The translations under genes were made by a program, and so were the position numbers. From Mustelus asterias (taxonomy: Eukaryota), in NCBI RefSeq assembly GCF_964213995.1, contig NC_135834.1, forward strand, positions 10,726,001 to 10,790,000: a stretch of DNA of 64,000 bases, in the 5' to 3' direction. Every line of letters starts with the position of its first letter. The first letter of the stretch is position 1. Shown here one piece after another: positions 1-11,424 of the stretch. The notes under the pieces are model-generated. The model was not told where the DNA came from, made no database searches, and saw nothing but the letters and a program-made list of their open reading frames with translations.

Positions 1-241
1 GTTAAACCTGGGCCCTGACTACAAATCAAAAACAATGCGATGTTTCCTGTAAAGTGCTTTTGGGATGCTCTGGGTTTGTGGAAGGTGCTATAGAAATTCA
101 GCTCTTTCTTTAGCTGCTGCTCTGAGTATGAAATTGAGACTGACAGACCTCTGTGCTGAGCTTGCAGATACTGAGGTGAGGTGCTGAGGCATCCATCTCC
201 TCTAAACTCAGGAGCGAGAACAGTTGACCACCTTTCCAGTT

Positions 242-957
242 TTGGACATCAGTCAGTCCCTGTGGTGTAGGTACACCCACTGTGCTGTTAGGGAGGGAGT
301 TCCAGGATTGTTATTGGACATCAGTCAGTCCATGTGGTGTAGGTACACCCACAGTGCTGTTAGGGAGGGAGTTCCAGGATTGTTACTGGACATCAGTAAG
401 TCCATGTGGTGTAGGTACACCCACAGTGCTGTTAGGGAGGGAGTTCCAGGATTGTTATTGGACATCAGTCTGTCCATGTGGTGTAGGTACACGCACTGTG
501 CTGTTAGGGAGGGAGTTCCAGGATTGTTATTGGACATCAGTCTGTCCATGTGGTGTAGGTACACCCACTGTGCTGTTAGGGAGGGAGTTCCAGGATTGTT
601 ATTGGACATCAGTCAGTCCATGTGGTGTAGGTACACCCACTGTGCTGTTAGGGAGGGAGTTCCAGGATTGTTATTGGACATCAGTCAGTCCATGTGGTGT
701 AGGTACACCCACAGTGCTGTTAGGGAGGGAGTTCCAGGATTGTTATTGGACATCAGTCAGTCCATGTGGTGTAGGTACACCCACAGTGCTGTTAGGGAGG
801 GAGTTCCAGGATTGTTATTGGACATCAGTCTGTCCATGTGGTGTAGGTACACCCACTGTGCTGTTAGGGAGGGAGTTCCAGGATTGTTATTGGACATCAG
901 TCAGTCCATGTGGTGTAGGTACACCCATAGTGCTGTTAGTGAGGGAGTTCCAGGATT
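242..957. repeat. 72-bp tandem array (~10 units) built on a CR1-type LINE 3' segment
   Basis: Unit ttggacatcagtcagtccatgtggtgtaggtacacccacagtgctgttagggagggagttccaggattgtta recurs every 72 nt. It explains the 24-aa periodic ORFs 224..961 and 282..1145. Confidence 0.95.
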
Positions 958-1485
958 TTGATCCAGCAACAATGAAGGAACGGCCGATATATTTCCAAGC
1001 CAGGATCTTGAGGGGAACTTCCAGGTGGTGGTGTTCTCATAGAATCCTACAGTGCAGAAGGAGGCCATTCGGCCCATCGAGTCTGCACCGACCACAATCC
1101 CACCCAGGCCCTATACCCATAACCCCATGTATTTACCCTAGCTAGTCCCCCTGACACTAAGAGGCAATTTAACATGGCCAATCCACCTAACCCGCATCTT
1201 TGGACTGAGAGACAAAATCGGAGCACCCACAAAATCGGAAACCCACGCAGACACGGGGAGAACGTGCAGACTCTACACAGACAGTGACCCGAGCCGGGAA
1301 TTGAACCCGGGTCCCTGACGCTGTGAGGCAGCAGTGCTAACCACTGCACCACCCGTGTGTCTGCTGTCCTTGTCCTTCTAGGTGGTTGAGGACTTGGTTT
1401 TGGAAGGAGCGTTGGTGAGTTGCTGCAGTGCACCTTGTAGATGGTACACACTGCCGCCACTGTGTGTCGGTGCTGAAGGGAGTGA
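958..1485 (-). mobile_element. CR1-type LINE 3' fragment, interrupted by a SINE
   Basis: Colinear with 7811-8035 and 10880-11110. The minus strand reads AAVCTIYKVHCSNSP, like the C-terminus of the same LINE family elsewhere in the window. Confidence 0.7.
1037..1353 (-). mobile_element. HE1-like tRNA-derived SINE (CR1-type tail)
   Basis: A/B-box head (gtggttagcactgctgcctcacagc...gggttcaattccc on the minus strand), conserved central domain and gggattctatg tail. Confidence 0.85.
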
Positions 1486-1489
1486 GGCC

Positions 1490-1838
1490 TAGACAGAGAG
1501 GATGTGAAGAGGATGATTCCACTCGCGGGAAAGACTTGAACTCAACTAGGGACCCAACCTCAGAGTGAAGGGACGCTCCTTTAAAACTGAGATGAGGAGG
1601 AATTTCTTCAGCCAGAGAGTGGTGAATCTGTGGAACTCATCGCCACAGAGGATTCCAGGTCATTGAGTGTCTTTAAGACCGAGATAGATAGGTTCTTGAT
1701 CAATAAGGGAATGAAGGGTTATGGGGAAAAGGCAGAAGAATGGGGATGAGAAAAATATCAGCCATGATTGAATGGTGGAGCAGACCCGATGGGCCGAGTG
1801 GCCTAATTCTGCTCCTATATCGTATGGTCTTATGGTCT
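1490..1838 (+). mobile_element. CR1 LINE 3' end fragment
   Basis: Motif aggaatttcttcagccagagagtggtgaatctgtggaactc (FFSQRVVNLWN) followed by the gggccgagtggcct...tatggtcttatggtct tail. Confidence 0.8.
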
Positions 1839-3302
1839 AACTGGCACTATTATTGTTTTCCACATCAAGGTGACAGAACTGGAGGTGATTTTGATTCTGC
1901 CACCTCGCTGGCGTGGTAATAATCTCTGGGAGGTCACACTGTGGTGCAAGTGGTTCTACTGCGGAAGATGAGTGGTTACAATGGAGGGTGAGTGGTCACA
2001 CGTGTGGGATGTAACTGGTCACAACGTGGGATATGCATGGTTATACTGCAGGGTGTGAGTGAACACACTGTGGCACTGTTGGAGAGGAGAGCTCTGGAGG
2101 GCGTCGGTGGTCACACTGTGGGACATGAGTAGTTATACTGCAGGATATAAGTGTTTTTGCCAGATGTGAGTGGGGTGTGAGTGAATATAGCACTTGGGGC
2201 AAATGGAATCAAGTTATGGGGAGAAAGCAGGATTAGACTATTGAGTTGGACGATCAGCCATGATGGTGATGAATGGCGGAGCAGGACCGAAGGGCCGAAT
2301 GGCCTCCTCCTGCTCCTATCTTCGATGTTTCTTTGAGGGTCACACTATGGAGTGTCAGCAAGCTACATCACTCTGGATGTTGGACTTTAACCTGGTGTTG
2401 TTAGACTTCTTACTGGGAAGACAATTGTCAGTGCGTTTTCTGCACACTTCAATCTGGTGAAACTTCTTGTGTCTAATGTTACCTCCACAAACCTGGAACC
2501 TCGAGGGTGGTATGTGCTGAAGGCTGAGAAAATGTTCAGGTGATTCAGCTTGTGAGAGAGTTTCTGGTTCTCAGCAAACTCATGGCTTTTAAAGAAAGGT
2601 GTGACTTGCATTTTGTAAGTGGAGCTAAACAATGATCAAGGCGTATTCAGGGGTGTAGTGTTCGTGTGTGTCACCACCTAGAACTTTGCTAAAACAGGCA
2701 AAGTGCAAATTCAGCAAGAAGTGTCGTCTTTCATCCCTTTTCAATGATCATTCTGGCTGCTGTGGTTTCGATGGCCCTTGGCAAGGGGCAGATACAACTA
2801 CATTTTCAGAAGCACATTCAGAGAAGGTCAGACCACAAAATAACAGGAAGGCTTGCTGAGTGAATCATGCTATTAGTAACTTGTCTGCTGTGTGTTTCAT
2901 CTTGCGTGGAGACTGTAGCTGGAGCCAGCTTGAGAGCAGTGCCTATTAGTGAGAGTAATCAGGACTGAGTTTCACAACCAAGTCGTGGCAAAATTTCAGT
3001 CTCATTGTCGAGCAGATAGGATATTAAAATGACCAAATTGGCATTTGTTGAGTGTACAGTCCAGTTTGAGTAAAACTGCAGAGAACATGAAGGCAATGCG
3101 ATTGTTGGCACATCACAGATCTACCTTTGTCTTCGATCCCACATTGTAACAGTCACAACTTTCAGAAATCCTTCATTGGTTGTAAAGTGGTTTGGAGATC
3201 TCCTGAGGTTGTGAAAGGCACTATAGAAATGCATAACTTTTTTTTAAGATAACTTCACAGCTATTCATATCGCACCTTTAATACTGTGCTGTGGGATCTT
3301 TA

Positions 3303-3580
3303 AAGTTAAACTTTATTTATTAGTCACTAGTAGGCTTACATTAACACTGCAATGAAGTCACTGTGAAAATCCCCCGGTCACCACACTCCTGTTCGGGTAC
3401 ACTGAGGGAGAATTTAGCACCTAACCAGCATGCCTTTCGGACTGAGGGAGGAAACCGGAGCACCCGGAGGAAACCCACGCAGACACGGGGAGAATGTGCA
3501 GACTCCACATGGACAGTGACCCAAGCCGGGAATCAAACCCGGGTCCCTGGCGCCTGTGAGGCAGCAGTGCTAACCACTGC
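3303..3580 (-). mobile_element. HE1-head SINE with the alternative (cacagtaacttcattgcagtg...gtgactaataaa) tail
   Basis: Same head as the other HE1-like copies. The tail matches the copies at 9686, 11425, 24066 and 29866. Confidence 0.8.
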
Positions 3581-4347
3581 TGCCTCACTGCGCCAGGGAC
3601 CCGGATTCGATTCCCAGCTTGGGTCATTGTTCCACATCTCCCCGAGAGGGCCTCGAGTTACTGTGGATTGAAACTGCACTCAAGCTTTTCAGAGCGGCTG
3701 CAGATATTGGCTGAGAAAGCCCAGTGTGACACTGTAACTGGGAAGGTTTCAGGTCCTTTTTCCGTGTCGGTAACTCCTGCGGTCTGGACCAAAGCAATTT
3801 GCCAGTGACAGGATCCATTGTGATGCCTCCCCACCCGCCCCATGGCTAAACAGCCCATCCACACTCAGCCTGTACATCAGGAATGGGTACATAAGGTGTG
3901 ACAATGTGCCTGCACAAAATTCCTCTGTCTATTTATTAACAAATACTCGACAGGCTGAAAATGAATGTACTTATTAAAATAGAAGATAGCTCAAGTTCAC
4001 TCTGAAGTGTTGCTATGTGCACTTTCAACTCATTGGTGCCTGCAACGACCGATGGACTGGGACAGGGCTTTGCAAGCCTGCAAAGAGCCACTGTAAGGAC
4101 GTAAATTCAATGGAAACGAGAGGGTGCATCAACTCAGGACACCAGTGGAGGGTCCGGACACAAAATGCCGTTGTCAGAGTGTGAAGCGCTTGGAATGTGC
4201 ACAATGTAAGGTGGAGTACACACAGGAAAGAATGTGGAGAGGGAAGTGCTTAGTATTTTCTTCTGCCTAGTCCTGTCCTAGTTTGTACTAGTCAGCACAC
4301 TGAAGAGCTTATGAAACTGAACACATCATAGAATGCTGAGACGTCTA

Positions 4348-4563
4348 TTATAGAATCCTGCAGTGCAGAAGGAGGCCATTCAGCCCATCGAGTCTGCAGC
4401 GACCGCAATCCCACTCCGACCCTATCCCCAAACCCCACGTATTTATCCTGCTAGTCTCCCTGACACGGGGAGAATGTGCAGACTTCACGCAGACAGTGAC
4501 CCGAGGCCGGAATTGAACCCAGGTCCTTGGCGCTGTGAGGCAGCAGTGCTAACCACTGTGCCG
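4348..4563 (-). mobile_element. HE1-like SINE, internally deleted
   Basis: Head and CR1-type tail are present; the central part is missing. Confidence 0.75.
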
Positions 4564-4956
4564 CAATTAGAAAGAGTGTTTCTGTGTTGGCGTGGACAAG
4601 ATGGCCGTGCTGTATCATCTCTATGGTTCCACTGGGCTGGTGGGACTTGAACCCACAATTTCCTGGCTCAGACCTCCTTGCCAGACATTAAATCCGTACG
4701 GCCATATTGGGCTGACATTGAAGAAAACAAATGATCAGAAGCTGTTCTATTCCTGTCCTCTGGGGTTCTGTATTTGCTTAAAAGCTGTTCATCGCCGTCA
4801 TTTTCCTGTTCTGAGGAAAGGTCACAACCTAAAAGGTTAATTCTGTGTTTCTCTCTCCATGATGTGGAGATGCCGGCGTTGGACTGGGGTAAACACAGTA
4901 AGAGGTTTAACAACACCAGGTTAAAGTCCAACAGGTTTATTTGGTAGCAAAAGCCA

Positions 4957-4993
4957 CACAAGCTTTTGGAGCTCCAAGCCCCTTCTTCAGGTG
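4957..4993 (-). ncRNA. Minimal hammerhead ribozyme motif (GAAA box mutated to AAAA)
   Basis: The minus strand reads CAC-CUGAAGA-A-GGGGC-UUGGA-GCUCC-AAAA-GC-UU-GUG. Confidence 0.55.
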
Positions 4994-5756
4994 AGTGGGA
5001 ATTCTGTTCACAAACAGAGCATATAAAGACACAGACTCAATTTACATGAATAATGGTTGGAATGCGAATACTTACAGCTAATCAAGTCTTTAAGAAACAA
5101 AACAACGTGAGTGGAGAGAGCATCAAGACAGGCTAAAAAGATGTGTATTGTCTCCAGACAAGACAGCCAGTGAAACTCTGCAGGTCCAGGCAACTGTGAG
5201 GGTTACAAATTGTGTGACATGAACCCAATATCCCGGTTGAGGCCGTCCTCGTGTGTGCGGAACTTGGCTATCAGTTTCTGCTCAGCGACTCTGCGCTGTC
5301 ACTGTCTGTGTGGAGTCTGCATGTTCTCCTTGTGTCTGTGTGGGTTTCCTCTGGATGCTCCGGTTTCCTCCCACAGTCCAAAGATGTGTAGGTTAGGTTG
5401 ATTGGCCATGTAAAGGCGCCATCAGACTCGATGCGCCTTCGCGACACACGACGGCGCAGAGTCGCTGAGCAGAAACTGATAGCCAGGTTCCGCACACACG
5501 AGGACGGCCTCAACCGGGATATTGGGTTCATGTCACACAATTTGTAACTCCCACAGTTGCGTGGACCTGCAGAGTTTCACTGGCTGTCTTGTCTGGAGAC
5601 AATACACATCTTTTTAGCCTGTCTTGATGCTCTCTCCACTCCCATTGTTTTGTTTCTTAAAGACTTGATTAGCTGTAAGTATTCGCATTCCAACCATTAT
5701 TCATGTAAATTGAGTCTGTGTCTTTATATGCTCTGTTTGTGAACAGAATTCCCACT

Positions 5757-5793
5757 CACCTGAAGAAGGGGCTTGGAGCTCCAAAAGCTTGTG
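5757..5793 (+). ncRNA. Minimal hammerhead ribozyme motif (GAAA box mutated to AAAA)
   Basis: cac-ctgaaga-a-ggggc-ttgga-gctcc-aaaa-gc-tt-gtg; the mirror of 4957-4993. Confidence 0.55.
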
Positions 5794-5923
5794 TGGCTTT
5801 TGCTACCAAATAAACCTGTTGGACTTTAACCTGGTGTTGTTAAACTTCTTACTGTGTTTCTCTCTCCACACAGATGCTGCCTGACCTGCTGATTCTTTCC
5901 AGCATTCTGTTTTTTTTTTACTT

Positions 5924-6527
5924 TAGAATCATAGAATCCCTACAGTGCCGAAGGAGGCCATTCAACCCATCAAGTCTGCACCGAGCCTCTGACAGAGCAT
6001 CCTACTCAGGCCCATCTCCGTAACCCAATGTATTTACTCCAGTAATCCCCCTAACCCACACACCCTGGGACACTATTGGGCAATTTACCATGGCCAATCC
6101 CCCTAACCTACACATCTTTGGACACTAAGGGGCAATTTAGCATGGCCAATCCCCCTAACCTGCACATCTTTGGATACTAAGGGGCAATTTAGCATGGCCA
6201 ATCCACCTAACCTACACATCTTTGGACACTAAGGGGCAATTTAGCATGGCCAATCCCCCTAACCTACACATCTTTGGACACTAAGGGGCAATTTAGCATG
6301 GCCAATCCCCCTAACCTGCACATCTTGGGATACTAAGGGGCAATTTAGCATGGCCAATACACCTAACCTGCACATCTTTGGACTGTGGGAGGAAACCGGA
6401 GCATCCGGAGGAAACCCACGCAGACACGGGGAGAACGTGCAGACTCCACACAGACAGTGACCCGAGCCGGGAATTGAACCCGGGTTCCTGGCGTTGTGAG
6501 GCAGCAGTGCTAACCACTGTGCCACCC
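5924..6527 (-). mobile_element. HE1-like SINE with ~6 copies of the internal 52-bp unit
   Basis: Head, tail and tandem ctaaggggcaatttagcatggccaatccacctaacctgcacatctttggaca units. Confidence 0.9.
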
Positions 6528-7074
6528 ACGAGTTCTTTTAATTGAATACTTCTGTCTGTTTATGTACATTACACTATGTTCACAGTTTGCCGTGTTAGCT
6601 TCTGTTTTGTGAATGGTGCACTGATGAAGCTGGAGGATCTTGAAGTGTTGGAGAGCGGAACACTTTACAGCTCAGGCCCACAGTGGCAGCAGCAAGCACG
6701 GCCAAGCTAGGTGCAGAGTGCAAACAGAAGCAGCTGCTTCTGCCTTTGAGACATTTCAATGACTATTTTACTGACCAACCAGGGGGTTTGAGTGCCAGCT
6801 GTCTCGGGTTTCATTATCAAAGAACAACAGACCATCTAATATTGCACATCACTGATTAAACCAGGCGACAGAATCTGTAAACTTGCTGATGTGCAATTAG
6901 TCGATTGTCAGCATCCTGGCAATTATCACCCGTTTCACTTAAATGGTTCATCACCTTTGTTATACAGGCAGAGAAAATAAATCAATCTGAAGGCATGAAA
7001 CGCTCAGACACTCACCATCATTTCCAACCTGATACAAATTACTGCCCATGTAAGTATTTCCTGAATTTCTAAAA

Positions 7075-9545
7075 ATTCATTCACGGGATGTGGGTGTCGC
7101 TGGCTGGACCCAGCATCTATTGCCCAATCCTAGTTGCCCCTTGAGAAGGTGGTGGTGAGCTGCTTTCTTGAACCGCTGCAGCCCCTGAGGTGTGGGTACA
7201 CCTACAGTGCTGTTAGGGATGGAGTTCCAGGATTGCTATTGGACATCAGTCAGTCCATGTGGTGTAGGTACACCCACAGTGCTGTTGGGGATGGAGTTCC
7301 AGGATTGCTATTGGACATCAGTCAGTCCATGTGGTGTAGGTACACCCACAGTGCTGTTAGGGATGGAGTTCCAGGATTGTTATTGGACATCAGTCAGTCC
7401 ATGTGGTGTAGGTACACCCACAGTGCTGTTAGGGATGGAGTTCCAGGATTGCTATTGGACATCAGTCAGTCCATGTGGTGGAGGTACACCCACAGTGCTG
7501 TTAGGGATGGAGTTCCAGGATTGCTATTGGACATCAGTCAGTCCATGTGGTGTAGGTACACCCACAGTGCTGTTAGGGAGGGAGTTCCAGGATTGTTATT
7601 GGACATCAGTCAGTCCATGTGGTGTAGGTACACCCACAGTGCTGTTAGGGATGGAGTTCCGGGATTGTTATTGGACATCAGTCAGCCCATGTGGTGTAGG
7701 TACACCCACAGTGCTGTTAGGGATGGAGTTCCAGGATTGCTATTGGACATCAGTCAGTCCATGTGGTGTAGGTACACCCACAGTGCTGTTAGGGAGGGAG
7801 TTCCAGGATTTTGACCCAGCAACAGTGAAGGAACGGAGATATATTCCCAAGTCAGGATGGTGAGTGACTTGGAGGGGAACTTCCAGGTGATGGTGTTCCA
7901 AGGCATCTCTGCCCTTGTCCTTCTAGATGGAAGTGGTCATGGGTTTGGGGGGTGCTGCCTAAGGAACCTTAGTGAGTTGCTGCATGGAATCTTGTAGATG
8001 GTACAGACGGCTGCCACTGTATGTCAGTGGTGGAGGGACTGTGGAAGGGGTAGCAATCAAGCAGACTGCTTTGTCCTGGATGGTGTCGAGCTTCTTGAGT
8101 GTTGTTGGAGCCGCACCCATCCAGGCAAGTGGGGAGTATTCCATCACACCCCTGACTTGTGCCTTGTAGATGGTGGACGAGCTTTGGGGAGTCAGGAGGT
8201 GAGGTATTAGCCATAGCATTCTTAGACTTTGACCTGCTTTGGTAGGCACCCCCGCCTCCCCCTTACTTGCCACTTGTCAGCCCAAGCCTGGATATTGTCC
8301 AGACCTTGTTGCATTTAAACATGAACTGCTTCAGTACCTGAGGAGTCGCGAATGGTGCTGAACATTGTGCAATCATCGGCAAACATCCCCACTTCTGACC
8401 TTATGATGGAGAGAAGGTCATTGATGAAGCAGCTGAAGATGGTTGGGTCTTGGACACTACCCTGAGGGACTCCTGCAGAGATGTCCTGGAGCTGAGATGA
8501 CTGACATCCAACAACCACAACCATCTTCCTATGTACCAGGTATGACTCCAACCAGCGGAGAGTTTGCCCCCTGATACCCATTGATTCCAGTTTCGCTAGA
8601 GCTCCATGATGCCACGCTCGGTCGAATGCGGCCCTGATGTCAAGGGTTGTCACTCCCACCTCACCTCTGGAATTCAGCTCTTTTGTCCATGTTTGAACCA
8701 AGGCTGTAATGAGGTCAGGAGCTGAGTGACCCTGGCGAAACCCAAACTGGGCGTCACTGAGCAGGTTATTGCTGAGCAGGTGCTGCTTGATAGCACTGCT
8801 GGTGACCCCTTCCATCACTTTACTGATGATCGACAGTAGACTGATTGGGTGGTAATTGGCCGGGTTGGATTTGTCCTGCTGTTTGTGTACAGGACATACT
8901 TGGGCAATTTCCACATTGTTGGGCAGATGCCAGTGTTATAACTGTACTGGAAGAGCTTGGCAAGGGGAGCGGCAAGTTCTGGAGCACCAGTCTTCAGTAC
9001 TATTGCTGGAATGTTATCAGGGCCCATTGCCTTTGCAGTATCCAGTACCTTCAGCTGTTTCTTGATATCACGTGGAGTGAATCAAATTGGCAAAAGACTG
9101 ACATCTGGGGACCTCCGGAGGAGGCCGAGATGGATCCACTCGGCACTTTTGCGAATACTTCAGTCTTATCCTTTGCACTGATGTGCTGGGCTCCCCCACC
9201 ATTGAGGATGGGGATACTTGTGGAGTCTCCTCCTCCAGTCAGTTGTTTAATTGTCCACCACCATTCTTGACTGGATGTGGCAGGACTGCAGAGCTAGATC
9301 TGATCCGTTGGTTGTGGGATCACTTAGCTCTCTCTATTACACGCTGCTTATGCTGTTTGGCACGCAGGTAATCCTGTTTTGTAGCTTTGCCAATTTGGCA
9401 CCTCATTTTTGGGCATGCCACTTGCACTCTGAGTTGAAGCAGGGTTGATCCCCTGGCTTGGTGGTAATGGGAGAATGGGGGATAAGTTGGGCCCTGAGGT
9501 TACAGATTGTGCTGGAGTACAATACTGCTGCTGCTGATGGCCCTA
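7075..9545 (-). mobile_element. 5'-truncated, degenerate CR1-clade LINE (RT and 3' end)
   Basis: ORF 8315..8914 has RT motifs NYHPISLLSIISKVME, QFGFR, LDIRAAFD, GVPQGSV and FADD. Neighbouring frames continue the protein (MGPDNIP; YKAQVRGVMEY). Confidence 0.9.
7189..7810. repeat. Second 72-bp tandem array (~8.6 units) inside the CR1 3' end
   Basis: Same unit as 242-957, mostly with the gggatggag variant. Confidence 0.95.
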
Positions 9546-9591
9546 TAGTGCCTCATGGATACCTGAATGAGATGAATCTGAGTGCAACAAT

Positions 9592-9608
9592 ATTGCCACC
9601 TAGTGGCA
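9592..9608 (-). promoter_or_regulatory. Candidate CTCF site
   Basis: The minus strand reads tgccactaggtggcaat, matching the CTCF core CCASYAGRKGGC. Confidence 0.45.
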
Positions 9609-9685
9609 TTGTTTCAATTCAGCTCAAAAATCTCATTGTAGGATTGTTTAAAATGCTTGGCCCAAATTCTCCACTAATCTATTAA

Positions 9686-10468
9686 GGTTTTAAGTTTATT
9701 TATTAGTGACACAAGTTGGCTTACATTAACACTGCAATAAAGTTACTGTGAAAATCCCCTAGTCACCACACTCCTGTTCGGGTACACTGAGGGAGAATTT
9801 AGCACGGCCAATCCACGTAACCTGCACATCTTTGGACACTAAGGGGCAATTTAGCATGGCCAATCCATCTAACCTGCACATCTTTGGACACTAAGGGGCA
9901 ATTTAGCATGGCCAATCCACCTAACCTGCACATCTTTGGACACTAAGGGGCAATTTAGCACGGCCAATCCACCTAACCTGCACGTCTTTGGACACTAAGG
10001 GGCAATTTAGCATGGCCAATCCATCTAACCTGCACATCTTTGGACACTAAGGGGCAATTTAGCATGGCCAATCCATCTAACCTGCACATCTTTGGACACT
10101 AAGGGGCAATTTAGCATGGCCAATCCATCTAACCTGCACATCTTTGGACACTAAGGGGCAATTTAGCACGGCCAATCCACCTAACCTGCACGTCTTTGGA
10201 CACTAAGGGGCAATTTAGCATGGCCAATCCATCTAACCTGCACATCTTTGGACACTAAGGGGCAATTTAGCATGGCCAATCCATCTAACCTGCACATCTT
10301 TGGACACTAAGGGGCAATTTAGCACGGCCAATCCACCTAACCTACACATCTTTGGACTGTGGGAGGAAACTGGAGCACCCGGAGGAAACCCACACAGACA
10401 CGGGGAGAATGTGCAAACTCCACACAGACAGTGACCCAAGTCGGGAATCGAACCTGGGTCCCTGGGGC
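9686..10468 (-). mobile_element. HE1-head SINE, alternative tail, ~10-11 copies of the 52-bp unit
   Basis: Tandem units at 9795-10356; tail as at 3303. Confidence 0.9.
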
Positions 10469-10584
10469 TGACCGGATTAGCACCGAGACATGAATCGATT
10501 CATTTTAAACTCCTTCACGTCACCTTTTAAACAGCAGGGAGAGGAATTTGACATTTGCACTAAAACCGATGATATGGTCATATT

Positions 10585-11120
10585 TTAAAATTCTTTCATG
10601 GGGTGTGGGTGTCGCTGGCTGGGCCAACATTTGTTACTCTTCCCTCATTGCCCCTTGAGAAGGTGAGCCGCCTTCATGAACCACTGGAGTCCATGGCGTG
10701 TAGGTACACCCATAGTGCTGTTAGGGAGAGTGCTTCATCCAGCGACAGTGAAGAAATGGCGATATGTGCCAAAAATCACCATCCTCTTTCGCAGCTGGGA
10801 TTCTCCTGTGCCGCTAAATTCTCCGTTCTCACTGGCAGTATTGTGGCCACGGATAAGATCGGAGAATCCCACCCGTAGTTTCAAGTCAGAATGGTGTGTG
10901 GTTTTGAAGGGAACTTAAGAGGTGGTGGTGCTCCTGTGAGTCTGCTGCCCTTGTCCTTCTAGGTGCTCGAGTGTTTGGGTTTGGAAGGTTCTGTCTAAGG
11001 ATCTTTGGTGAGTTGCTGCAGTGCATCTTGTAGATGGTACACACTGCTGCTACTGAGCGTCGGTGGTGGAAGAAGTGAATGTTTAAGCTGGTGGATGGGA
11101 TGCCAATCAAGAGAACTGCT
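10585..11120 (-). mobile_element. CR1-type 3' fragment with a MITE remnant inserted (~10770-10875)
   Basis: Homologous to 7075-8070 but carries a single, unamplified copy of the segment that is tandemly repeated there. Confidence 0.7.
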
Positions 11121-11247
11121 ATGATCATTTATCTCATTGCTGATTGTGGGACTTCAGTGTCCTCAAATTGCCTACTGGACTTCCTACTGTTACTACACAT
11201 CAAATGTACTTCATTAGCTGGAGCTGTGAAACGATCTTGGAAGTCCT

Positions 11248-11367
11248 GGGCCGGACTTTTACCATCCCGCCCGCCAGGGGAATCGGAGTGGGCGAGGGGC
11301 AGACCATGGAAAGGTCCATTGACCTCGGGCGAGATTTCGGGACGAGTGAGGGTGTAAAATCCTGCCC
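11248..11367. mobile_element. Short MITE (Harbinger-like TIRs)
   Basis: TIRs gggccggacttttac / gtaaaatcctgccc. Confidence 0.65.
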
Positions 11368-11424
11368 CTGATCTTTAAAGTCACTATAGAAACGCAAGTC
11401 CTTTCTGCTCACGAAGGTTTAATT

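Larger units (their letters stand above)
4860..5859. mobile_element. Penelope-like element remnant arranged as a ~410-bp inverted repeat
   Basis: 4891-5300 is the reverse complement of 5450-5859 with about 8 mismatches. The right arm encodes RRVAEQKLIARFRTHEDGLNRDIGFMSHNL*, resembling a PLE GIY-YIG C-terminus. Flanked by the direct repeat ctgtgtttctctctcca (4843-4859 and 5852-5868). Confidence 0.8.

Noticed and set aside
224-1145. Long ORFs with 24-aa repeats (also 7134..7863)
   Set aside because: They are by-products of a stop-free 72-bp tandem unit, open in several frames, with no splice or promoter support.
2420-4330. Possible exons of an upstream gene (ORFs 2668, 3624, 3658)
   Set aside because: No recognisable protein family (no keratin rod motifs) and no consistent splice chain.
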